DNA of 43,318 nt, taken from contig NZCP01000040.1 in the NCBI GenBank assembly GCA_002686465.1, positions 1-43,318 on the forward strand. The letters are read 5' to 3'. Origin of the DNA: Candidatus Woesebacteria bacterium (GTDB lineage: Bacteria; Patescibacteriota; Microgenomatia; UBA8517; UBA10165). The notes under the pieces are model-generated. The model did not search any database, was not told the DNA's origin, and worked only from the letters and a program-made list of their open reading frames with translations. Position 1 is the first letter of the stretch, and the number at the start of each line of letters is the position of its first letter. Positions 25,868 through 35,240 of the stretch are shown in pieces. Made by a program: the position numbers and the translations under genes.

Positions 25868-27913
25868 TCATTTTGAGAGTTTCTCTAGCTTATTTTGTAC
25901 TTCCTCATCATCAGGGTCAATATTCTGCAAAACATATTCTAGCTGCTCTCGGGCAAGAGCTTGTTTTCCTAAGGAGTCATAAATTGTTGCAAGCCCAACT
26001 CGACCATCATAGTAGTTTGGTTTGAGGGTTACAGATTCTTCGAGCACTTCTTCTGCCCGCTCAATTTGCCCTAAGCGACCATATAAAACTCCTAAGTTGT
26101 AGCGAACCTTTGGATCGGTCGGAGCAAGCTCGACAGCTTTTTCGAGAACAGGTAGGGCTTCGTGCAGATATTGCTGATCAACTTGGACGAGTCTATATAG
26201 GATAGTAACTCGAGACTTCAAAAGATTTAAATTGTATGGGGAGATGGTAGTGGCATATCTAGAAGCTTCATTGGCTAGTTGCGCGGATGCACCGTCGCCT
26301 TTCTCTTCCAGTTCGAGTGCGATACTAGATGTAATTTTTGCAAGCTGGTCATAGTATCTTGGCTCATCTGTTCGGAGAGATAACGCACTTTCTATTCTTT
26401 CCAGGGACAGAGCATACGATCCCTCTGTAGCTAAATTTTTAGACTTTGTAAAAAGTACATCAGCGTACCAGACATGAAAGACTTTTAGTAACAGGTAACA
26501 TGTAACAAGTATCAGCAGTAGGATGCTAGCGATTTGAAGGATGGAGAATTTTTTGTTTCTACTTGTTACTTCTAACTTGTCACTTGTTACCGACCATGCC
26601 AAAGCAGGAAAGAGGAAAAATAGTATAGCGACATTGACGACCGAGAAACCAAAAAAGTTGGTAATTAAAATGGAAGCATGTCCTGCAAGCAGTGCAGGTA
26701 AAAGATTCTGGCCCGATCGAAGTCTTGAGGCTATCAACCACACAGTTGCCCCAATAAAAATGAGGTATGAGACCAAGCCAAATGTTCCTGTTGTTGCTGC
26801 AAAGTTTAGATATTCGTTGTGCGCTTTGTTATAGAGGAAGTCCCATTCGGAAGTAAGGTTATGCTCAACTGGTCGAAATTGATAATAGGAGTAGGCGAAT
26901 GTCTCAACGCCGGTTCCTGTAAGGGGATATGCTCGCCAAGTGTTAATTGCACCGTTCCATACAATCTTTCGGATTTCCCCGGATTCTGTTCCTCCGGTCT
27001 CCAACACGGTCCCCGTGTTGGGATGATTTACGGTTGGTGGTTTACGATTAATATTATTTTGTATGACTTCTGTTGCACTTGGGGTCCAGGGAGTTCCGAA
27101 AATAGTAACAAGTAACAAGTAGAAAGTGATAAGTAATAGGAAAGGGCGAGTTAGTATTTTAAGGCGATCTTTATACAACCAGGCCATAGTTAACCAAAAA
27201 ACAGCGAAGGATGCTCCAAAGCCGAGTAGTCCTGAGCGGCTTTTTGTAAATAAAATTGCTGTGAAGAAAATAATAGACATACCAATCCACCACCATTTCT
27301 TTTTAGAAATTGCAAATGCCCAAGTGATTGGAATAATAGCTGTAAGCCATGCTGCGAACCAATTCGGCTGACCCAAAGTTGCAAAGATTCGCTCTTGAAC
27401 TTTTTGTACCCAGCAGTCGACCCCAAATTCTTTTTTCATGATAATGCAACTAGGACTTGATCCGAGACGTTCTGCAATTCCCCAAATGGAAACAATTAGT
27501 GCCGAAGCGAGCAGATTACGTATTGCGCTCCTTGTCTCCTGTTTTCCCATATTTGAGACAAACGCCCAGTAAAGAAAAAGGTAGGAAATCGTTGATAGTA
27601 ATCCGCCATGCGATCGAGAGTGATATCCCCAGATAGATGTATGCTGATCAATTGAAAAAACAGTGGAGATGATTTGCGCGGTTAAAAAAAGCAAAAGAGG
27701 AATATCAAGAATAGTGCGCCGAAAGATCAGTTTTCCCCCAAGGATAGATTTTATTGCCCAGGAGGCCGTAATTACGACCGTAATTACGTACGTTAGAATC
27801 ATTTTGTTAAATTCAAAAAGCTCAGAAGTTAGAGGGGTAAAGATGAAGGGGACAAGAAAAAAAAGAAGATAAAAGGAAGATTTGATAATTCTGTCTGCTG
27901 CTTGGAATAACAT
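25868..27913 (-). CDS. O-antigen ligase-like membrane protein with C-terminal TPR repeats
   Basis: Many TM helices; RIFATLGQPN, TKSRSG, GTGVETF, KAHNEYL; TPR (AVELAPTDPKVRYNLG). Confidence 0.9.
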   Translation of the reverse strand: MLFQAADRIIKSSFYLLFFLVPFIFTPLTSELFEFNKMILTYVITVVITASWAIKSILGGKLIFRRTILDIPLLLFLTAQIISTVFSIDQHTSIWGYHSRSHGGLLSTISYLFLYWAFVSNMGKQETRSAIRNLLASALIVSIWGIAERLGSSPSCIIMKKEFGVDCWVQKVQERIFATLGQPNWFAAWLTAIIPITWAFAISKKKWWWIGMSIIFFTAILFTKSRSGLLGFGASFAVFWLTMAWLYKDRLKILTRPFLLLITFYLLLVTIFGTPWTPSATEVIQNNINRKPPTVNHPNTGTVLETGGTESGEIRKIVWNGAINTWRAYPLTGTGVETFAYSYYQFRPVEHNLTSEWDFLYNKAHNEYLNFAATTGTFGLVSYLIFIGATVWLIASRLRSGQNLLPALLAGHASILITNFFGFSVVNVAILFFLFPALAWSVTSDKLEVTSRNKKFSILQIASILLLILVTCYLLLKVFHVWYADVLFTKSKNLATEGSYALSLERIESALSLRTDEPRYYDQLAKITSSIALELEEKGDGASAQLANEASRYATTISPYNLNLLKSRVTILYRLVQVDQQYLHEALPVLEKAVELAPTDPKVRYNLGVLYGRLGQIERAEEVLEESVTLKPNYYDGRVGLATIYDSLGKQALAREQLEYVLQNIDPDDEEVQNKLEKLSK

Positions 27914-27981
27914 TAGATAGCTACAATTGTACCGTGACGAATGATATACTACAATCGCGCCGTCTGCTCCACATAACTTAA

Positions 27982-29043
27982 ATGTTAGATCGTTTATTCA
28001 GTCTATTCTCTCATGACGTAGGAATTGACCTCGGTACTGCTAATACTCTTGTGCATGTTCGGGGGAAGGGGATAGTAATCCGGGAACCTTCGGCTGTCGC
28101 CAGACATAGAAAGAGTAAAGAAATTCTTGCCATTGGAACTCAAGCAAAAAGGATGGAGGGGCGGACTCCACAAACTATCGAGACAGTTCGACCTCTTAAA
28201 GACGGTGTGATTGCTGACTTTGATGCAACAGCAGCAATGCTTGCCTATTTTGTAAGGCAGGTACACGAAACTCCTCAAGGTGTACGAATGATAGGACTAC
28301 CTAAAGTTCCAAAACCGCGTGTTGTTGTTGGTATACCATCCGATGTAACAGAAGTTGAGCGCAGAGCAGTTCAAGAAGCGGCTCTTGCCGCGGGAGCCAG
28401 ACAAGCCTTTTTAATTGAGGAGCCAATGGCTGCAGCTATTGGGGCTGGTATGAATGTAGAGGAACCAGGAGGAGTTTTTGTGGTTGATATTGGTGGGGGA
28501 ACAACAGAGATAGCAGTAATTTCCCTGGGTGGAATTGTTTTGAATCGGGGTTTAAGGGTTGCAGGAGACGAGATGGATGAGGCGATTATTAATTATCTTC
28601 GAATGCGATACTCACTCCTTCTTGGGATGGCCTCGGCAGAAGAGTTAAAACACCAAATTGGAAGTGCTATCCCACAAAAGAAAGAACGACATTATGTCGT
28701 TCGTGGACGGGATTTAGAAACTGGTTTACCTAAATCAGTGAAGGTTGCATCAAGCGAGCTTGTGGAGGCTCTTACCCCAATAATTCATCAGATTGTAACT
28801 CGGGTTGCCGATACACTTGAGGAGTCACCGCCGGAGTTAGTTGCCGATGTTATGGAGAGAGGGATACTTCTTGCGGGGGGTGGGGCGCTTATTCCAGAGA
28901 TTGATAAGCTGATCTCAGAGGAGGTAAAAATTCCGGTCTGGATTGCAGAAGACCCCCTGACTGCTGTTGCTCGCGGAACAGCAAAAGTTTTAGAAAATCC
29001 TAGCCTTTTGGCAAAAGTAAGAGTTACAGGCGGGCTGAGATAG
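27982..29043 (+). CDS. mreB: Rod shape-determining protein MreB
   Basis: GIDLGTANT, RPLKDGVIAD, EEPMAAAIGAG, VDIGGGTTE, AGGGAL. Confidence 0.98.
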   Translation: MLDRLFSLFSHDVGIDLGTANTLVHVRGKGIVIREPSAVARHRKSKEILAIGTQAKRMEGRTPQTIETVRPLKDGVIADFDATAAMLAYFVRQVHETPQGVRMIGLPKVPKPRVVVGIPSDVTEVERRAVQEAALAAGARQAFLIEEPMAAAIGAGMNVEEPGGVFVVDIGGGTTEIAVISLGGIVLNRGLRVAGDEMDEAIINYLRMRYSLLLGMASAEELKHQIGSAIPQKKERHYVVRGRDLETGLPKSVKVASSELVEALTPIIHQIVTRVADTLEESPPELVADVMERGILLAGGGALIPEIDKLISEEVKIPVWIAEDPLTAVARGTAKVLENPSLLAKVRVTGGLR

Positions 29044-29078
29044 CCTTTTCCACAAGACGTATATACGCCGCCAAAAAG

Positions 29079-29106
29079 TTGACAACCACCATATTAAGCC
29101 TATAAT
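29079..29106 (+). promoter_or_regulatory. Sigma70 promoter, probably giving a leaderless mRNA
   Basis: TTGACA (29079) - 16 nt - TATAAT (29101) - 6 nt - ATG 29113. Confidence 0.75.
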
Positions 29107-29112
29107 ACTCCT

Positions 29113-30180
29113 ATGGTAGAAGGAGAGCAGAGACTACAGCAAAGACTATTCACAAAAAGATCTTTCTTAACCGGACTTGGTGCAACTGCCGCCCTCGCAG
29201 TTCTTTCCGCCTGCCAACCAAAAGAAAATACTTCTACTTATGTCTTTACTAGGAAAGAGCTTAACGCTTTACCGGACAGAGTTGAGGCGCCGTTAGATAT
29301 AAGAGAAAGGGAGCTAGTCGATCCTCTCGAGTCAATGCGCGTTGCGCAAAACCGTAAAATAGATCGAGAGAGGTCGTTAATTACAAGACGACAAATATCA
29401 GAATCCCTCTCGAACTCCTCGTCTCGTTTAGTTAAGAAGATCGCTCGGAACTTAAGGTTTTTGCAAACTTTAGAAGTTCGCCCTCCGGGGTTTTCGGAAT
29501 GGTTTACATCCTTACCAGTGGCGACAAGATATGGGGATTATGGCAAGTCTAGTGCCACTGTTGAAATAGAGAGGGATAAACTCGACCCAGTTATGTATCG
29601 TAAAGATGATCAGTGGACAATGATGCTAGATGTGAGTAGTCTTGAGTTTTATATTAATCTAAATGCGCCAAATGTCGAAGAAGATAAAGACGAATTAACG
29701 GAAGGGCTTGGTTGGTGCGCCCAACATGTATTTTGCACGCTCTTTTTGAAAATGGCTTCTGAGTATTATGATTTGGATCAAGCAATGCATCCTGCAAGGA
29801 TAACGGACTCGGAAGGAAATTTAATTGTTGATAGAGAGATCCAGTCGAGAATAGGAGCAGAGAATTTTGTTAGAAGGTGGTTTAATCCTAAAAGTTATAT
29901 CAGTTATCTACCTAGAAATTTATCAGATCTTTTTATAGGTGTAGAAGCTTCTCGATTAGTCGCGAGAGGAGAGTTACCAAAGGATCTTGATGGCTCTCTT
30001 GGTAAAGCAATGAGGTTGATTGAGAGAAACCCTATTGCACAAAAGCAGATTCTTGACTTTGCCGGTACGTGGGTTGAAAGTGATACCTTTTTGCCGCCTA
30101 ACGGTATAACCAAAACTGCCTTTATGGGTCCAATTTCGCATGCTGTTAGTCTTCTCGAAGAGGCAAGAAGCGAATCATAA
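29113..30180 (+). CDS. Hypothetical lipoprotein with Tat-like signal
   Basis: FTKRSFLTGLGATAALAVLSAC (KR-x-FL plus lipobox). Confidence 0.8.
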   Translation: MVEGEQRLQQRLFTKRSFLTGLGATAALAVLSACQPKENTSTYVFTRKELNALPDRVEAPLDIRERELVDPLESMRVAQNRKIDRERSLITRRQISESLSNSSSRLVKKIARNLRFLQTLEVRPPGFSEWFTSLPVATRYGDYGKSSATVEIERDKLDPVMYRKDDQWTMMLDVSSLEFYINLNAPNVEEDKDELTEGLGWCAQHVFCTLFLKMASEYYDLDQAMHPARITDSEGNLIVDREIQSRIGAENFVRRWFNPKSYISYLPRNLSDLFIGVEASRLVARGELPKDLDGSLGKAMRLIERNPIAQKQILDFAGTWVESDTFLPPNGITKTAFMGPISHAVSLLEEARSES

Positions 30181-30186
30181 GAAGAG

Positions 30187-30456
30187 TTAGAAGAGATTAA
30201 ACTTTCTTTCTTCGTTCTTGGGTCTTTTCGATATTGCACGAGTTGTCTTTCTGTAGACAAACTCAAGACAGCCTGTCATTACAGCAAGGCCGAAAATACT
30301 ATCTGCGTATATTTTCTTGGCTGTTCCAGTCCCCCTGCCGGATATCAGATCCTGATCAGCACTTTCTCCAATCTCAGATGCATGACCTATCATTTCTTCT
30401 GCTAAGAAAGTTTTTCTTGAACCTGGTTTTCTGACTTCGATTTGTTCAACGCTCAT
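30187..30456 (-). CDS. Hypothetical protein
   Basis: 89-aa ORF; TATAAT 7 nt before ATG. Confidence 0.6.
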   Translation of the reverse strand: MSVEQIEVRKPGSRKTFLAEEMIGHASEIGESADQDLISGRGTGTAKKIYADSIFGLAVMTGCLEFVYRKTTRAISKRPKNEERKFNLF

Positions 30457-30524
30457 TTCTTCTGATTATAGTCTTCGCCCACATGGCTGTCAAAACATCT
30501 GGCGTTGCGTGGTAAAATGTTTGC

Positions 30525-31328
30525 ATGACAACTTCTAAGAAGAGTCCATACTCCTTGGCCATTGTTTATCTTCTTTTGGCAGTGCTTTTGTATTTTCTGG
30601 ATTCGCGGGGAACTTTGGGATCTGTACACAGTGCTACCCAGGCATTAACCACTCCTGTTCGAAGTTTTCTTTTTAACACAAAACAAAATATTCTTTCCCC
30701 ACTTTCTGTGTTTTCTGATTCTAGCAAGCAAGAACAAAGGGTAAAAGAGCTTGAAGAAAAGAATGCCTCGCTTTCTGCGCAACTGGCAAAGTTGACTGGA
30801 CTTCAAGAGGAAAACGAAAAGATGCGACGCCTTTTGGGCACTGATCTTCCACCTTCTTGGCAGTTTGCGACGGCTCGCGTGGTGACGGTTACAGCGGATA
30901 CACTCGTTCTCACAAGCGATCACGCTCCTCAAGATGATACTTCTGTGATTACCACCAAAGAATCTGGAATTTTTGTAGGTAGAGTTCAGGAGGTTAAGGG
31001 AAAAGAAGTTCAGATATTGTTGCCAAGTCATTCTTCATCAAAAATCCCGGTTATTGTGCGAGATTCTGAAAGTGGTTTGCGTCAAGCTTCTGGAATTGGT
31101 GTTGGTCGAGGAGGAAGGGCGGTCTTAGAGCAAGTATTGACTAGCGAGCAAATTAAAGAAGGAGATTTGATTTTAACTTCCGGAGAAGGAGGAGTGCCGG
31201 AAGAACTTCTTCTTGGCTACGTCGCGGAAGTTTCTAGGGTAGAGGGTGCCGCTTGGCAACAAGCAGAAATAAAAAGCGCAGTTGACTTAGATGACCTAGA
31301 TTTTGTATTTTTTGTTACTAAGTTTTAG
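30525..31328 (+). CDS. mreC: Rod shape-determining protein MreC
   Basis: TM, coiled coil LQEENEKMRRLL, GDLILTSGEGGVPEELLLGYV; context. Confidence 0.92.
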   Translation: MTTSKKSPYSLAIVYLLLAVLLYFLDSRGTLGSVHSATQALTTPVRSFLFNTKQNILSPLSVFSDSSKQEQRVKELEEKNASLSAQLAKLTGLQEENEKMRRLLGTDLPPSWQFATARVVTVTADTLVLTSDHAPQDDTSVITTKESGIFVGRVQEVKGKEVQILLPSHSSSKIPVIVRDSESGLRQASGIGVGRGGRAVLEQVLTSEQIKEGDLILTSGEGGVPEELLLGYVAEVSRVEGAAWQQAEIKSAVDLDDLDFVFFVTKF

Positions 31329-31331
31329 CTA

Positions 31332-31757
31332 ATGTCGGCAAATTTATTTTTGTTACTATCTTTGATCTTCTCCCTTTTACAAGGCTCTTTTTTGCCTCCT
31401 GTTTTAGTAGAAGGAGCGATTGTTCTTCTGGTAGTTCTAGCCGCCCCTCCTCGTCAAGCGTTTCTTGCACTTTTTGCAGGCGGTATAATCTTTGATCTTG
31501 TTCAATCCCAAACCTTAGGTTTGACGTCTCTTGTTTTCTTATTGAGTGGAGTTGCTATTCTTGCTATGCGGGATCAACTGCCACTCCAAAAGCCTATTGT
31601 TGCAGGGGTCGTTGCGGCTCTTGTTACACTTGTGCGGGCAAAGGTTGTTTTTGCAAGCTTTCTTTTTGCACCCTCCGTTGTTGTAGGACTTTTGACCATC
31701 CTGATATTCCTGTTTGTTTGGCAGCCGCTATCCAGTAGTAGGATTAGACTTCAATAA
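31332..31757 (+). CDS. mreD: MreD-like membrane protein
   Basis: Hydrophobic; GGIIFDLV...LGLTSL; between mreC and PBP2. Confidence 0.7.
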   Translation: MSANLFLLLSLIFSLLQGSFLPPVLVEGAIVLLVVLAAPPRQAFLALFAGGIIFDLVQSQTLGLTSLVFLLSGVAILAMRDQLPLQKPIVAGVVAALVTLVRAKVVFASFLFAPSVVVGLLTILIFLFVWQPLSSSRIRLQ

Positions 31758-33523
31758 TGAGAAAATATCAGAAACTTGGACCTGTTTTTGGGGAGAGGAT
31801 TACAAGGGGAGGAGTTTTTAGGAAACATCAAAGTTCTAAATATTCTCCGCGCTGGGTAATACTTGCAGGAGTTCTTGTAGTCTCGATCTTGATCGGGATT
31901 GCCCGACTGGTCGATTTGCAAATTATTCGAGGATCGTACTTCAAAGCTTTGGCTGAAGGAAATCGCGTTCGGCACATCCCAATTAAGGCCCCAAGGGGGG
32001 AAATATTGGATACGGCAGGCCATGCCCTTGCCCGTAATATCCCCGTTTATAAGCTAGCTACTTTTTCGGAAGGCGGAGTGGTTGTAGAAACCGAAGGTAT
32101 ATCTCGCGAAGAGGCTTTACTTATCCAAGCCTCAGATCCTGAAAGATCTGGGAGAATTTTGGTAGACATTGGGAGAGAATATCCACTTGGGGTAGCAGCT
32201 GCCCATGTTGTCGGTTATGTTAATGAAGCAGCTCCGGAAGAAGTTGGGGAGTCACCTAATTGTGACTTAAGGTCTAGAACGCCGTATGCACTTGGCGATC
32301 TTGTTGGGCGAATAGGTATTGAGGCTCAATATGAATGTATTTTGCGAGGAGTAAATGGCGAAGAATTAATTGAAGTTGACTCGCAAGGACGTTTGATCAG
32401 GCGATTAGGTCGACGCGAGCCGATCTCAGGAACCAGTATTACGCTCTCTATATATAGTAGTCTCCAAGAAGCCTCATATCAGGCACTAATTGATGCACCG
32501 AATGAAGAGGGGACCAGACCGGCGCGCGAGGATGGAATAACCGTGCGCGGGGCTGTTGTTGCACAAGACCCCCGAACTGGCGAGGTTCTATCACTTGTAT
32601 CTGTTCCGTCGTTTGACCCTGCGCGCTTGGGGGAAAAATACGAGGAATATAAAAGGGATGAAAATTTGCCATTTTTCAACCGTGCTATTGGGGGGGCGTA
32701 TGCCCCGGGGTCAACTTTTAAGATTGCTGTCGCAGCAGCCAGCCTTGAGGAGGAAAAAATTAATGAGGACTATGAGTATGAGGATAAAGGTATTATCACT
32801 GTCAACGATTTTTCGTACAGAAATTGGTATTTTACTCAATACGGCCGAACAGAGGGATTCATAAAAATTGTTCGAGCAATAACGCGTTCAACCGATACGT
32901 TTTTCTATAAAGTTGGGGAACTTGTCGGGGTTGACAGCTTGGGTGATTGGGCAGGAAAATTTGGGTTAGGGAAGCTGGCTGGAATTGATCTTCCCGGGGA
33001 AAAAGCAGGACTAGTGCCCACTCCTGAGTGGAAACAAGAAGTAAAAGGTGATCGGTGGTATCTGGGGAACACTTACCATTTGAGTATTGGACAGGGAGAT
33101 ATATTGACCACACCGCTGCAGGTAAACATGATGGCTGGCGTTATAGCCGCTGGTGGTAAATTATGTGTTCCTAATGTGTTGAAGGATGATGCGTCACAAG
33201 ATGATAAATGCGAAGAAGTAGGAGTAAAGGATGAAACGATTAAGCTGATTACAGAAGGGATGGTTGGGGCGTGTAGCTTGGGAGGGACGGCATATCCGTT
33301 ATTTACATTCGAACCTAAGGTAGCGTGTAAAACAGGGACTGCAGAGTTTGGAGGTAGTGACAAAACACATGCCTGGCTAACTGCGTTTGCACCCGCCTTC
33401 GCCGAGGCTTCGGCGGGCAAGCCAGAGATTGCAGTAACTGCTTTGGTTGAGGGAGGCGGGGAAGGATCCCGAGTTGCTGCACCAGTAGTGAAAAAAGTTC
33501 TAGAGGAGTGGTTTAGTAAGTAG
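31757..33523 (+). CDS. mrdA: Penicillin-binding protein 2 (class B transpeptidase)
   Basis: APRGEILD, PGSTFK (SxxK), STD (SxN variant), KTGTAE. Confidence 0.93.
   Translation: MRKYQKLGPVFGERITRGGVFRKHQSSKYSPRWVILAGVLVVSILIGIARLVDLQIIRGSYFKALAEGNRVRHIPIKAPRGEILDTAGHALARNIPVYKLATFSEGGVVVETEGISREEALLIQASDPERSGRILVDIGREYPLGVAAAHVVGYVNEAAPEEVGESPNCDLRSRTPYALGDLVGRIGIEAQYECILRGVNGEELIEVDSQGRLIRRLGRREPISGTSITLSIYSSLQEASYQALIDAPNEEGTRPAREDGITVRGAVVAQDPRTGEVLSLVSVPSFDPARLGEKYEEYKRDENLPFFNRAIGGAYAPGSTFKIAVAAASLEEEKINEDYEYEDKGIITVNDFSYRNWYFTQYGRTEGFIKIVRAITRSTDTFFYKVGELVGVDSLGDWAGKFGLGKLAGIDLPGEKAGLVPTPEWKQEVKGDRWYLGNTYHLSIGQGDILTTPLQVNMMAGVIAAGGKLCVPNVLKDDASQDDKCEEVGVKDETIKLITEGMVGACSLGGTAYPLFTFEPKVACKTGTAEFGGSDKTHAWLTAFAPAFAEASAGKPEIAVTALVEGGGEGSRVAAPVVKKVLEEWFSK
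33392..33421. repeat. GC-rich palindromic REP-like element in frame within PBP2
   Basis: CCCGCCTTCGCCGAGGCTTCGGCGGGCAAG, encoding PAFAEASAGK. Confidence 0.65.
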
Positions 33524-33532
33524 TATATACTA

Positions 33533-33892
33533 TTATAATTTGATGCATTCTCCGCTTGCATCGGGATAATTTCCGTCAAGTTGGCATTTATAGCCTTTTG
33601 GGCACTGGTATTCAGGAAGATTTGCAGCTATTCCTCCACAAAACTTCCTTTCTACACCATCTGTATCGTCTGGTGGGTCCATCTTTTTAATCTGGATTTT
33701 CTTATACAAAGTTTGCGCAATCGATGGGTTCCAGCCTAGGGTTAGTTCTCTTGGGCACGGCGGGCACTGATTAGGATATACCATCGGGCAAGCACAAGTT
33801 GTTTGTTCGTAACGAAAGGGAATTGGTGCAAAAAATGCGGCAAGTATTAGTGTGGTAACCAGAATAGGGATTAGAGTCAAACCCTTTTGCAT
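33533..33892 (-). CDS. Small Cys-rich exported protein
   Basis: MQKGLTLIPILV pilin-like/signal start; CACP..CPPCP and FCGGIA..CPKGYKC..GEC. Confidence 0.75.
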   Translation of the reverse strand: MQKGLTLIPILVTTLILAAFFAPIPFRYEQTTCACPMVYPNQCPPCPRELTLGWNPSIAQTLYKKIQIKKMDPPDDTDGVERKFCGGIAANLPEYQCPKGYKCQLDGNYPDASGECIKL

Positions 33893-34077
33893 AGATCTAC
33901 ATTATATCACTCTTAGAGGTGGTACCAGTTAAGAATTCACGGCGAGTGAAAACTAGTGTTTTAGGATTTTCAACCACATGGCATGATAGCCTTTTTGAGG
34001 CTGAAAATCAACCTATAGCATAGCATGAAACCTGTGTGCAATGTGGCTTTACACCGTGAATATGCTATCGTATTTGT

Positions 34078-35205
34078 ATGACAGAACGCGAATCATGGAT
34101 TGCATTTAGTGCGTTTCCACAGATAGGACCTGCACGTTTCACGCTGATTAAGAAATATTTTGGTAATGCAAAAAAAGCATGGAAAGCACCGATAGGGGAA
34201 TATATAAAAATAGGGTTTAGCAAAAAGTTAGCAGACAGTTTTGAGAAGTTCAGAAAAGAAAAATTCGACATCGGGTCGTATTTAGTCCAGTTAGACAAAC
34301 TTGGTATACAGGTCTTAAGGTATGATGATACTGATTACCCAGAAAGGCTAAAAAAGATTGATGATTCGCCATATATCTTATACGTCAGGAAATCTCTAAA
34401 AAGTATCAGAAGTATTAAAAATACCATAGATATCAAAGGCCTGTCTGACGTATCCGTGGCAGTGGTTGGGACGAGAAAGATGACATCATATGGACGCGAA
34501 GTTACAGAAAGATTGGTAACAGAGTTAGTAAACGCAGGGGTTACGATCATTAGTGGGCTTGCATTGGGAATTGATAGTGTTGCACATAGAACTGCGATAG
34601 ATACGGGAGGGCGAACAATCGCAGTTTTAGGTGGTGGATTGGACGAAATTTACCCTCCGTCTAATCGACAGCTAGCAGCCGAGATACTTGGAAAAGATCG
34701 AGGACTTCTGTTATCCGAATATCCATTATTTTATCCATCTATGCCCCAAAACTTCCCTGTCAGAAACCGTATAGTTTCCGGTCTTTCGCAAGGTATTGTA
34801 GTTGTTGAGGGCATGAAGAAATCGGGTACTCTTTTGACTGCATCGAGTGCTGCCTCCCAAGGAAGAGAGGTATTTGCGGTTCCTGGACCTATTACATCCC
34901 CTACATCACAAGCGCCGAATTTTTTGATTAGACAGGGTGCTAAGCTTGTTGAGAGTGCAGAGGATATTCTTGAGGAATTGAAAATCGAATCTAGAGTTGT
35001 GAAGATGGAAGCTAGAAAGGTAATTCCTGAGACGAAAGAAGAGAAGAAACTCTTGAAGGTTTTGGAGACAGAAGGGTTAGATATTGATACTATTGTTAGA
35101 ATGAGTGGTTTGCAAGCAGGAGTTGTGCTGGGTACACTGACGCAAATGGAGCTTAAAGGCTTAGTGCGGAACATGGGAGGTATATATCGCACTAATAGCG
35201 AATAG
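34078..35205 (+). CDS. dprA: DNA-processing protein DprA (Smf)
   Basis: VAVVGTR, ISGLALGIDSVAH, FPVRNRIVSG, REVFAVPG, C-terminal winged helix. Confidence 0.97.
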   Translation: MTERESWIAFSAFPQIGPARFTLIKKYFGNAKKAWKAPIGEYIKIGFSKKLADSFEKFRKEKFDIGSYLVQLDKLGIQVLRYDDTDYPERLKKIDDSPYILYVRKSLKSIRSIKNTIDIKGLSDVSVAVVGTRKMTSYGREVTERLVTELVNAGVTIISGLALGIDSVAHRTAIDTGGRTIAVLGGGLDEIYPPSNRQLAAEILGKDRGLLLSEYPLFYPSMPQNFPVRNRIVSGLSQGIVVVEGMKKSGTLLTASSAASQGREVFAVPGPITSPTSQAPNFLIRQGAKLVESAEDILEELKIESRVVKMEARKVIPETKEEKKLLKVLETEGLDIDTIVRMSGLQAGVVLGTLTQMELKGLVRNMGGIYRTNSE

Positions 35206-35240
35206 AGCAAATTAAAGCTAATGAGCACGAATAAAAGCAT
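35190..35240. repeat. ~10-bp periodic array (GCNAAT), left flank of GxxExxY gene
   Basis: Cores GCGAAT 35198, GCAAAT 35207, GCTAAT 35217, ACGAAT 35227. Confidence 0.8.
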
